DNA of 64,000 nt from Basidiobolus meristosporus CBS 931.73 (taxonomy: Eukaryota > Fungi > Basidiobolomycota). The notes under the pieces are model-generated. The model saw only the letters and a list, made by a program, of their open reading frames with translations, searched no databases and had not been told where the DNA came from. A program made the position numbers and the translations under genes. The stretch lies in the NCBI GenBank assembly GCA_002104905.1, contig MCFE01000452.1:1-64000 (forward strand). Reading direction: 5' to 3'. This document shows positions 12,852 through 23,912 of the stretch, piece after piece (position 1 is the stretch's first letter; every line of letters begins with the position of its first letter).

Positions 12852-14295
12852 GCAAGAACTGCAGTTTTTTTTGTATGCCTCCCTGTCTCAGGCTTAGGTA
12901 GACATTTTTCCCTTTACCTTTTCCTTTATCACTGCCAGGTCTTTCACTGCTACTTTGTCTGAGTGCTTCTTGTAAAGAACTACATTTTCTCCTGAATATA
13001 TTCTGCTCTGATACATCTATTTTGGCCCGCTTGTTCCTTGCTAGTACTCTTCTGCCAACCTGACATTTCTTTTCAGCTTGTTTTGAACTCTCAACTGTAG
13101 TTGTTATGGGCTCCTGTAAAAGCAGCTAGTTTTTATCACTGCCAGGTCCTTCACTACTACTATGAATGGGTGCTTCTTGAGTGGTACTGCGCTTTTTCCT
13201 TGATAAATGTTGTGCTGATTCATCCATGTCTGCTTGCTTGTCCTTAATTGGCACTCTTCCAGCTGCCTGACATCTCTTTGACGCTTATCTGGAGCTTTTA
13301 GCCCTGCTTGAAATGGGCTCTTGAGGAAGCCGCTGGTTCTTAGCCATGGCACCCTTGTTCTTCTGCCTTTGATAGTTTCTGCCATTCTTAAGATACTTTC
13401 TTAGCATACCAATGCTGGCCCAAAATCTGTTTGCCTGTTTGAATCCAGGATAATGCTCATGGAACAGCTCAAGTGCATTCTGCTTTGCCTTGAGTTCCTG
13501 ATGGTCCCATGGTATGCCAGCCTTAAGGTGATAGTGTGCTAGACTTCTGATGGCCTGTTGTATATTAGCCTACTCTTCATCATTGCACTCATCAGCTTTA
13601 CAGATCATCAATGTCTTTTGATTTTTAGGCTTTGGTATAAACACCACATTGTCTCCCTCTCACGCTGTGATAGGTTTTTCTGTGGGCTTTATCTTTGGGC
13701 ACTGTTGTTGTGCTTCAAAGACTATATGGTGTTCCTCTGCTGTTGTATTGGGAAATGGCTCAATTCTTGGCTGTGATATTGAGCTACATGAGTTCCTTCT
13801 TTGCAGCAAAGATACTGCTTTCTCTACCTGGGATATTGATTGCTCTACACATATTATCTGCTCATCCTATTTCTGGACTACTTCCTGACTTCTCTGGGCC
13901 ATTGCATCTATCCTATCAGCCTCTGCACCTAATTGCTTCATTAATGCTTTGGTATGAGCTGACAACATACTTGCTGATATGGGTGGTGGTGATATTATCA
14001 TGGCCACTTGCTGATCTTCAACTGAGGGTACTGTGTTTGCTACATACTCATCTGCCTGAGCATAACAGTCAGCTTGTGGCTCTGCAGAGGTTCTCAATTG
14101 CCTACTTGACTGAGAGCCTGAGGAGTCCGCATTATTACCTTCAATGGGCACACTGTCCACAGGGCCTTTTTTGGATGTAGCCCTGCTCATTGCACTGAAT
14201 ATCAAAGCAAGCTGTTGTCCAACTGTTCTTCTGTTGCCATCAGTGGTGGGGTTTGGTTGAGAACCGGACAACTTTGCTTTATTTTTTGGCGGCAT
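12852..14295 (-). pseudogene. ORF2 N-terminal and middle part (copy 2)
   Basis: ORF 13867..14295 (MPPKNKAKLSGSQPNP) and 13104..13385. Colinear with 28012-29455 on the opposite strand. Confidence 0.85.
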
Positions 14296-14382
14296 ATATA
14301 TGGAAGTGAGTCAAACCAAAGGGGAAATAGTGTTACATATACATGTGTATGTGGTGCCACAACTTTATTTATAATGCTAACT
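14296..14382. promoter_or_regulatory. Short spacer between divergent ORF2 and transposase starts, putative bidirectional promoter
   Basis: About 80-90 bp with TATATA and TTATAA motifs, conserved at ~5300-5389, ~21825-21910 and ~27920-28011. Promoter function is inferred. Confidence 0.45.
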
Positions 14383-17323
14383 ATGGCAGGTTATCATTGA
14401 ATCTTACATTCATGTAGGCGCAATGTCTCAAATATAAGACTGTCTTAAGTCTACATGAGAATTGACCTAAAAGTGATATAATAGCATTATGTTGTTGAAG
14501 GTCAAACTGTTTGCCCCATGGACAAGACTACTTTGACTCAACACTGTAAGAGAAGAGAAAAAAGACCATGTGGCTATTTTCACAAGCCTCTCAGCCATAA
14601 TGCATGCAGACAGCATAGGAAGTATTACAAGGATCATGGCCAGTGTTTTGCCACCCAAGTCATATTTGACCATTCATTGGTCACTATTGTACCAACATTA
14701 TCTTGCCGGCCAGTTAATACTTCAATATTGGCACCTGGCCATCTTTGTCACCTTGTGCAAATTGAGTCAGGTGAGCTTGTGATGCCTTTAGGCTCACCTC
14801 AGCCTTCTGAATATGGCATGCAGAGTGATAGCTCTGACAAAGAAGGTTCACCAATGGATTTTTGAGCCTATCTCCCCTAACAACAGTACCATGTATGAGC
14901 CCAGTTAAATCCCTATATGCAATGAGACAAAACCCATTGAAACAAATGGCAAGGATATTTTATGGAGCCAAGTGAGCCCAGTAATCCATTTACTGGTGAA
15001 TGATGTAATGTTGTTGCTAGAAAAGTGGTGTGTTTCCACTGGTATCAGTAATGGGGGCTTTGAGGATTTATTACTACTTCTTGCCAAAATCATACCAGGA
15101 TGCAACTTACCATATACATGGTACAAGTGGACAACCATCAAGCAGCTGGCTACATATGATCCAGAGACTGTCCTGATTGCAGCAAGTGTTAACAGTTGCA
15201 TGGCATTCACATCCAAAAGTGCTACCATTGCAACATGTCCAAATTGTCAGGAATCCACCTCCATTGAGGGAAAACATTGTTCACACTATGTATATATTCC
15301 GGTCATACCCCATCTGAGGAAGCTGATGCAGTCCAACAAATATTGCAAAGCTGTACAGTACTGCACTCAGTATAAAGTAAGCGCAAACATATCCAATATA
15401 TTTGATGGCAAACATTACAAACAGCTAAGAAGCAAGGGCTACTTTGAAGGTATGTATGACCATGCCTTTGCTTTAGTACTTGATGGATTCTCATTAAACA
15501 AGTACTCTACCAGCAAATCCTGCAGGCCACTGATTCTCATCTATCTGAATTGGCCGCCCGTCTTACGGTATCAGAACAATAATCTGATGGTAGTCTCACT
15601 GGTATCTGGGCCTAGATCACTGTCCAACCTGGATAGCTATCTGTATCCATTGCTGGATAAATTTTGAATGCTTTCCAGCAGGATATTGGTAAATGGCCAT
15701 CATGTAGAAGCACATATTATCATCTGCATTAGAGATACCCCAGCCATCAGCAAGATGGCAGGTTTTTCTGGGCACAATGGATGGTATTGCTGTCAAATGT
15801 GTGAGATCCAGGGTATTTACTCCATAACTCACACACATTATTATTACCCAGACACCGGCACTAAGAACATCATCTTTCCACAGGGAGAACATACAGAAGT
15901 AAGCAATCAATTGCAGCAAAGTTGGCAAGCTATAAGCCATTGGCTGGAATATGGAATCAATTGAAAACCGGAGATACTTAAGATAGACGGTATCTGTTGG
16001 AGCAAAAACTTTCCACTGGGAGCAATCCATTTGCTTTTCAACAATATCCCTATACTGATGACCAAGTTGTATATGGGGCATTTCAAGCTAAATGAGCCCT
16101 TCAAGATACCGGAGAAATTTGAAAGAATTGGCAAGATATTACAGAGTATCCGCTACCCTAAGTACTTCTCACAGGCTCCAATCAACATTCATATGCATAT
16201 GCAACAATGCAAATGCAAAGACTGGATGAACTGATATGTATTTATTCAAGTGGTGTTCTGAAGCCATTCCTACCAAGAGTACATTGAAAGCATTGGGAGT
16301 CATATGTGAAGAATGTAGGAATATTTATCCCAAAGCGGACCACCAATGCCAATTTGACGCATCTACAGCTGTTGTGTGAGGAGTTTGTGACAGGATTTGA
16401 GCGGCAATACTACAAACATAAAGCTGAATGTGTAGATCTCTGCCACTACTGTATCCATTCTCTACTCCATCTTGCACAGCGTGTGGAGAGTATTGGGCCT
16501 TGCTTCACCTTTTGGGAGTTTTTTATGGAGGAGGTGTGTGGGAAGATAGGAAGACAAGTCAAGTTGCAGGTACTACCATATCCCAATCTCATCAAGAATA
16601 ATACCTTCAAGTCTGTCATGGATGTGATGAGTTGGCACATGGAGTACAGCCTGAAAGAGTTGGAAAATACTGAAGACAAATGTGCATGCGGAGAGACCTA
16701 TGCCTATAGCATTAAGAAGCTAAGCAGCCCCAATGCATGGGTAATCAGTTAAGTAATGCAAAGTTGGGTTGGGTGCAACAAGCCACTAATTTTTATCAGG
16801 AAAACTCCACCAAGATATGCTGGATTTCTTGTGGTCACAAGCCAACTTCTACACCATTCAATACATGATTCACACAAACAAAAGCCAGAGCACACCTATA
16901 AGGGGGACTAGAAGCCAGCAGGGAGAAGGAATATATTGGCTAAATACTACAAAGTTCTTTGTCAATATTCAGGAGGTATTCATGGCAGAAGTGGCAACAA
17001 CCAAGCATATGTTTGCAAGATGTATATGCTACCTGCAGTACAAGGTATATGGCAACTTTGCAAGTATCACACTGAAAGCCACAAAGTTGAGGTAATAGAA
17101 GTATGTCAATTGAGGCAGGTGTGCACGTTTGTAGAGGTTACTAAGCAGGGGGCCATAGTCTTTTTTGATTCAAACTATATGTGGAATACCCAAGGTAGCA
17201 GTGGGTAAGCAAATAAAGAGGGGTGATTCTACAGTGGAATATATGAGTTGCACAAGGGGAGGTAGAATAAGGAAATGCCATTTGGTAAATTGGTACGGTA
17301 GCATTATACAGAACCAGCGGTAG
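14383..17323 (+). pseudogene. CACTA/En-Spm (CMC) family transposase, multiple stops
   Basis: CPNC, IFDGKHY, LDGF, LNWPPVLRY, SGP, DTPAISKMAGFSGHNGWYCCQMC, HSLLHLA and GPCFTFWEFFMEEVCG motifs typical of Tnp2/TnpD-like transposases. Start codon is uncertain. Confidence 0.88.
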
Positions 17324-17686
17324 GCCATCATACAGCCAAAAAAATGACATCAAAGTGTTGCTGTGAGGCTGTCAAAATACTGTCAAGCTTCTTGCCATAT
17401 AAGGCAATTAGAAGTCCTGACCAACTGGATCCACTTAAAATAGTAATAGAGTGCTGAAAGACCGCAACAATACCATATGAATATTGTCACAGCACCAATC
17501 CAAAATCATCAAGTTTTATCCCTTTATTTGGCTGTAAAACTTGAAAAACACCGTCATGATCTTGTTATAAGATTGTCAGGAGGGTCACTAATTCCAAGCT
17601 GCTGTTATTATGACAGTCTCTAAACAGACTCTTGACAGATGATATGGATTGGATCCACCTGTGGGACCAAGTTATTTTTCATAAGG

Positions 17687-18130
17687 AGCACTTCACTGCT
17701 ACTGCAACCAAGTGCTTCTTGCATTGTACTTTGCTTTCTACTTGAAGAATGCTGAGCTGGTGAATCCTTTTTTGCCTGCTTGTCCCTTGCCAGCACTCTG
17801 TTAGCAACCAGACATTTCTTTGCTGCTTGTATGAAACTTTCAGCCCTCCTTCTGATGGGCTCCTGAGAAAGTTATAGGCTTTTATAACTGTCAAGTCCTT
17901 TACTGCTAAAATGTCTGAAAGCTACCTGTATTGAAATATGTTTTCTCCTTCACAAATGCTGCACTGATGCATCTGTTTCTGCCTGCCTGTGCATAACTGC
18001 ACTCCTATGGCAACATGACAGTTCTATGCCACTTTTTGGAACTTTCAGTGCTGCTTGTGATGAGCTCCTGAGGAAGACACTGTTTTTTAGCCATGGCACC
18101 CTTGTTCTTCTACTGCAAGACCTCTTTTAT
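17687..18130 (-). pseudogene. ORF2 remnant, right half of the host sequence split by copy 2
   Basis: Continues the ~207-bp repeat units from 7343. Confidence 0.75.
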
Positions 18131-18273
18131 GCACATTGCATTCTCCAGATACTTTTGCATTTCAACTCTCACAAATAACAGCGCCTTCATTTTACAAGGT
18201 AAACTGTGTCAGGATTATTTGAATTCAAGCTGGTTTGGACTAGTGTTGGATAGTGGCACCCACCTTTGATAAG

Positions 18274-18355
18274 GACAATATGGCCAAGTGGTTAAGGCAT
18301 ATGACTAGAACTCATATGGGCTCTGCCCGCGCAGGTTCATATACTGCTTTTGTTG
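18274..18355 (+). tRNA. tRNA-Ser-AGA: tRNA-Ser(AGA), probable pseudogene
   Basis: A box TGGCCAAGTGGTTAAGG, anticodon arm TATGA-CTAGAAC-TCATA, long variable arm, damaged B box GGTTCATATA. Confidence 0.88.
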
Positions 18356-18360
18356 AATTT

Positions 18361-18434
18361 GCTTGCATAGCTCAGTTGGTTAGAGCATGGTGCTAATAAT
18401 GCCAAGGTTGCAGGTTCAACCCCTGCTGTGAGCA
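18361..18434 (+). tRNA. tRNA-Ile-AAT: tRNA-Ile(AAT), probable pseudogene
   Basis: TAGCTCAGTTGGTTAGAGC, loop CT-AAT-AA, GGTTCAACCC. Stem mismatches fall at former CpG positions. Confidence 0.9.
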
Positions 18435-18756
18435 TTATTTTTTATCCAGGCTGGCAGTCTTCATACTTCTACAAGAAAATGGTAGCAATTACATGCATTG
18501 CAAAGGGTGCACTGCATCCACCTTCCCCCTAATCAATGTTATAGTCAGTTCACACACCTACCTTATTTTGATGTTCTACAGGCGCATCTGATTTTGAATT
18601 TATGCTTTGCTGGTATTGTGCACTACCTATATTTTTTAACAGAATGAGTTGGCTACCTTGAACTCACAGTGTGGAGATGGGAATGATATGTAAGTCTGAA
18701 CAATAACAGAAGACTGCATTGTATCTAAAATTGAATTCTACAAGTATAATGTATCA

Positions 18757-18828
18757 TCTCAGATAGTATAGTGGTAAGTATCCCCACCTGTTGTGCAGGA
18801 GACCTGGGTTCAATTCCCGGTCTGAGAG
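18757..18828 (+). tRNA. tRNA-Asp-GTC: tRNA-Asp(GTC)-derived pseudogene (anticodon now reads GTT)
   Basis: TCTCAGA/TCTGAGA acceptor stem, TAGTATAGTGGTAAGTAT Asp-type D arm, GGTTCAATTCC. CTGTTGTGCAGG is explained by CpG decay of CTGTCGCGCGGG. Confidence 0.82.
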
Positions 18829-19064
18829 TTTTGTTTTAAGTGTCTGGGGTACATCAAAATTATGCTTTGACTGTTCTTGAGTTTGTGTACTCAACAGTAC
18901 GCACTAAATATGACATGATGCTAAGATAAAAAAAACTCTTACAAAATGGACCGTAGCTTGTATCTATACAGGTTGTTATTTTTATAGAACTACTAGTGTG
19001 GTTGATTGATATGGATGTAAAGAGCTACTTTGATTAAACCAGTACTGGTTTTTCTAGCAACAAC

Positions 19065-19137
19065 GTGCATATGGCCAAATGGATAAGGTGCCTGACTACA
19101 GATCAGGAGATTCCAGGTTCAATCCCTGGCGTGCTTG
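19065..19137 (+). tRNA. tRNA-Arg-ACG: tRNA-Arg(ACG)-derived pseudogene (anticodon now reads ACA)
   Basis: CCTGA-CTACAGA-TCAGG followed by AGATTCCAGGTTCAATCCCTGG, the eukaryotic Arg(ACG) body with CG>CA. Confidence 0.82.
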
Positions 19138-19351
19138 AAGTTATCTTTTGTCATCAGCGTGTACAGATAAATGCTAAGCATATTTACCTCTTCCTAAGCA
19201 ATTCAATAAATCCTATGGATTGATGATTTTTCTGCCCAAGAATAGTATGTAGTACAAATATATTCTTCCATATATTGTCCAATTTATTTTCTACAACATT
19301 ACTTGCTCAGCAATGTAATCATAATCTAAGCCTTGGTTTTACAGACGTAAA

Positions 19352-19422
19352 GCATACTTGGTTTAGTGGTATAATTACCACCTGCCACGCGGTAGACCAG
19401 GGTTTGATTCCCCAAGTATGCA
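19352..19422 (+). tRNA. tRNA-Gly-GCC: tRNA-Gly(GCC), probable pseudogene
   Basis: GCATACT/AGTATGC acceptor stem, loop CT-GCC-AC, B box mutated to GGTTTGATT. Confidence 0.88.
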
Positions 19423-19616
19423 GTTTATACTTTTCCACTATGGTACCTTTTTGCATAACTGTATTCCTCAAATGGTTTGTTTTCCAGAACTTAATAGCTT
19501 ACCAATATGCATGTCCACTATACATTATGTTGGGTCACTACACTATTGGAAAAATGGAAAGATGGATAGTCCCATAGCATGCAATACTTACAATGATGCT
19601 GTGCTACACTTCCAAG

Positions 19617-21245
19617 TGTTGTAAGAGTCTTGGAGATATTGGAAGTGATTTGGAGGATAAGTAGATTATGTGGTTTTCCCTTAATGATGTATTAAATGTA
19701 AAAGTAATGTTTATACTTTTACATAGTCTTGGCCTTACAAGCACATAGAACAGATTAAGAAAGGTCCCAAGAACATGTGTGCAAAATTTGGGGCTGTTTG
19801 GAAAACTTTGAAAATTCTCATGTTCTTGGTACCTGGTATTTAGGTGAAAATATTCTAAGTAAATCCCAACAAGGAATTTGGTCAGTATTCTCTAGGATAT
19901 GCAGGTAATGATTTAAGTGACTAAGTTAGGTGAATATCAAGGTGGAAATACAAATCTTACAACACTCCCACCAGCTAAATGCTCATACTGACTAGTCCTA
20001 ATTTTGACCTAAGATGTTCCAACTTGTCTCTAGCTAATGGTATGTTAAATATGTTAGCAATCATTTCATCTGCAGGACAGTAAACTAAGCTTACTAAGTT
20101 ATTCTCTATAGCTTTACATATGAAATGATGTTGAATATCTATGTGCATAGTTCCAGCATGAAAAGTGGGACTTCTACTTAGTTGTATACTTCCTTGATTA
20201 TCTTGAAATAAAGTAATAGGCGCTTTTTACATAGGCCTAAATCTCTAAAAAGCTTTCTTAGCCATATTGCTTTGTTTGTAGTTTCACAGGCTGCCATATA
20301 CTTGGGCTCTGTGGTAAAAAGTGCTACGGTTTGTTGCTCCCCTGAATTCCATGAGATTGCTCCATACAGTAAAGAAAGGTGCATCCTGTGGTGGATCTTC
20401 TATCTTCCAGATTTTGTCCACAATCAGCATCAGAGTATCCCACAAGATCCTGTTCTGAATCCTGATAAGTGTATCTTAAGCAGATATCAGCAGTTCCTTT
20501 TAGGTATCAAAAAATCCGCTTAACTGCTGCAATATGAACAGATCCATAGTTCTATTATGTTGGCTGACAACTCCCAATGAATATGAAATTTCTGAATGTG
20601 TTCCAAGCATAATATACATCAAGCTGCCAACCATGGATTGATAAAGAAAGTCAGGGCTTTCAGATGGCACCAAGCTATCTTGATTTGGTTGAGTTTTGAC
20701 CAAATTAAGGTTGTCTCCATTGGGGTAGCTGCCGGTTAACAGTCTTCCATTTGGTGCTTCTTTAGTATATCCTGAATACACTTGGATTAGCTTAGGGTAA
20801 TAGTCTGGGCACTTCTGTCTGTGGAGAACTCAATCCCTAAGTAGTAACTGAGTTCTCCTTGATCAGACATCTTGAACTCCTTAGATAGGCTGGATTAAGT
20901 CTCTTCCAATGTTTCTAAGTTATTGGTAACTATAATAAGATCATCCACATACAGAGCTAATAGAGCTGGATTTGCTCTATCTGGCTTATAGTATATACTA
21001 TAGTCAGCATTACTCCTTTGAAACTCAAAGATTCCAAGTAAGAATCTATCTTGCAGTTGCAGGCTCTTGGTGATTGTTTGAGACCATGTGGTGACTTTTT
21101 AAGCTTGCAGACCAAATAGGGGCTATCTTGGCCAACAAACCCATGAGGCTGGTCCATATACATATCCTCATCAAGTTCTTCACAGCGGTAGTTCAGCCTG
21201 AAGCAGTGCCCAGGAATATCCCAGAAGTGGTCATTCCGGCATTAA
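19617..21245 (-). mobile_element. Truncated Copia-A copy (3' LTR 19617-19964 plus RT/RNase H remnant)
   Basis: LTR matches 2999-3347. ORFs 20178..20384, 20500..20781 and 20957..21163 match 8529-9746. 21180-21245 is a short inverted piece of the same family. Confidence 0.9.
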
Positions 21246-23912
21246 AATGTACTGTAGAGTGTTCCTCTGCTGTTACATTGCAAAATGGCTCAATACTTGG
21301 CTATGGCATGGAGCTACATAAGCTCCTTTTTTGCAGCAAAGATACTGCACTCTCTCCCTGGGATACTGCTTGCTCTACACCTTTTATCTGCTAATCCTGT
21401 ATCTGGCCTATTTTCTGATTTCTCTAGGCCATTGATTCTATCCTATTGGCCACTATACCTAATTGCCTCATTAATGCTTTGGTATGAGCTGACCACATAC
21501 TTACTAATCCAGGTGGTGGTGATTTATGGCAGCTGCTTGCTGGTCCTCAGCCAAGGGTACTGCGCTTGCTACATTCTCATCTGCCTGAGAATTATAGTTA
21601 TTTTGTGGCTCCTCAAAGATTCTCATTTACCTACTTGACTGGAAGCCAAAGGAGTCTGCATTATTACCTTAAATGGGCCCACCAACAACATGGTCTTTTT
21701 TGGATGTAGCTCTGCTTGTTGGACTGAATGCCAAAGCAAGCTGTTGCTTAGCCATTATTCTACTGCTAACAATGGTGGAGTTTAGTTGGGAACCAGAAAA
21801 CTTTGCATTAATTTTGGGTAGCATATGTATGGAGGCAAGTTAAATCAAAGGGGAAACAGTGTTACTTATACATGTGTGTGTGGCATCACAACTTTATATA
21901 TAATGCTTTCTATGGCAGGTCATCATTCAATATTACATTCATATAGGTTCAATGTCTCCAATAAAAGACTGTGTTGGACTCACATGACAATTGACAAAGA
22001 AAGGTATGGATGTATTATAAGGATCCCAGACAGTGTTTTGCCACACATATCATATTTGACCATTCATTAGTCACTATTGTGCCAACAAATCTTGTCAGCC
22101 ACTTGATACTTCTATACAGGTACCAACCCATGATTGTCACCTTGTGCAAACTGAGTCAGGTGATTTTGTGGCATATTTAGACTCACCTGAGCCTTCTGAA
22201 TAAGGCATGCAGAGTGGTAGCTCTGAAGAAGAAGGCTCACTGATAGATTGTGGGCCTATATCCTCTAACCACAATACCCTGCATGAGCCCCTCCATATCC
22301 TAGTATGCAATGAGATATTACCCATAGAAAATAATGCCAAGGATACTTTGCAGTGCCAAGTGAGTGCAGCAATCCATCTACTGGTGAATGATGTGATTAT
22401 GTGGTTAGAGAAGTGGAGTGTTTCCTCAAATATTGATAACTGGGGTTTTGAGGATTCACTATTACTTCCTGCAAAAATCATTCTGGGATGCAGCTTACTT
22501 TGTGCATGGTACAGATGGTCAACCATCATGTAGCTGGCAACATATGATGCAGAGTCTGTCCTGATGCTGGCATGTGTTAGCAGCTGCATGGAATTCACAT
22601 CCAAAAATGCTACCATTGCAATGTGTCCAAATTGTCAGGAACACACCACAATTGTAGGAAAGCATTGTTCACATTCAGGATATATTCCAATAGTACACTG
22701 TCTAAATATGCTCAAGCAGTCTGGCAAATATTGTGAAGCCATAAAGTACCATACTCAGTATCAATCACACACAAACATTTTCAATTTACTTAATGGCAAA
22801 CATTACAAACAGCTATGAAGCCAGGGCTACTTTGATGGTGTATATAACCTTACCTTTGCCTTGATACTTCATACATTACCATTAAACAAGTACTCTACTG
22901 GCAAACCCTGCTGGCTACTGACTTTTGTCAACCCTAATCCACCACCTATTTTATGGTATAAGAGCAGAGATCTCATGGTAGTCTCACAAGTATCTGGGCC
23001 TAGCTAACCATCCAACTTAGACAGCTCCCTGTACTCATTGCTGTATGATTTTTATAAGCTTTCCAGCAGGATACTACTAAATAGTCATTATATCAAAGCA
23101 CATATTATTATCTGCATTTCAGATACCCTAGCCATCAGTAGGTTAGCTGGCTTTTCTGGGTACAAGGGATGATTCTGCTGTCAATTGTGTGAGATCCAGG
23201 GGACTTACTTTGTATGTCACACACATTATTATTATCCAAACTCCAATACTAAAGACATCATCTTCCCACAAAAGGAATGTACAAAAGTCAGCTTGCAATT
23301 GCAGCAAAGCTGATAAGCTATAGGATATTGGCCAGGATATGGAATTAATGGAAACTGGAGATACTTAAGATTAAGGTTATCTGTTGAAGCAAAAGCTTAT
23401 CACTGGGAGCAATGCATTTGCTTTGTAGCAATATCCCTATGCTAATAATCAACTTGTACTTTGGGCATTTCAGACTGAATGAGCCCATTCAGTTGGCAGA
23501 TATATTCAAACAAGTTAGCAAAATATTACAGAATATCTGCTATCAAAAGTCCCTATGAAAAATAATTAGGTCCAGCAGATGAATCCAATCTGGATCAGCC
23601 GTCAAGATCCCATTTAGAGACCACCATAATAACAGCAGCTTGGAATTAGCAACCCTCCTAACAATCTTATAATGGGATCATAACGGTGTTTTGCTAATTT
23701 GACAACCAATTAAAGGGTTAAACTTGACAATATTTCATTGGTGCAGTGACAATATTTTGATGATATTGCTGTGGTCTTTCAGCACTCTATACCTGTTGTA
23801 TGTGGATCCAGTTGGCTAGGACATCCAATTGCCTTATATGGCAAGAAACTTAATGGTATTTTGATGGCCACACAGCAAAACTCTGATGGCTTTATATCAG
23901 CAGTATAACGGC

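Larger units (their letters stand above)
7344..17686. mobile_element. CACTA-like element copy 2, both termini present, with nested Copia-A
   Basis: CCCTATGAAAAATTAT at 7344 and the inverted terminus ...TTATTTTTCATAAGG ending at 17686. About 5.7 kb after removing the Copia. Flanks rejoin into an older ORF2 copy. TSD not clean (AGCATG / AGC). Confidence 0.88.

Noticed and set aside
13558-14180. Hydrophobic plus-strand ORFs resembling membrane proteins (also 21285..21638, 28169..28558)
   Set aside because: They are antisense shadows of ORF2, with inconsistent boundaries between copies.
2211-17686. Composite 15.5-kb macro-transposon bounded by two inverted same-type ends with AGC on both flanks
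   Set aside because: Sequence right of 17686 continues the host left of 7344, not the host left of 2211, so the matching AGC is more likely chance or target preference.
18215-18265. Possible 5S rRNA fragment before the tRNA cluster
   Set aside because: Only a vague resemblance, with no convincing alignment.
18757-19137. Genuine tRNA-Asn(GTT) and tRNA-Cys(ACA)
   Set aside because: The bodies are Asp- and Arg-type, and the anticodon changes fit the CpG decay seen throughout the cluster.
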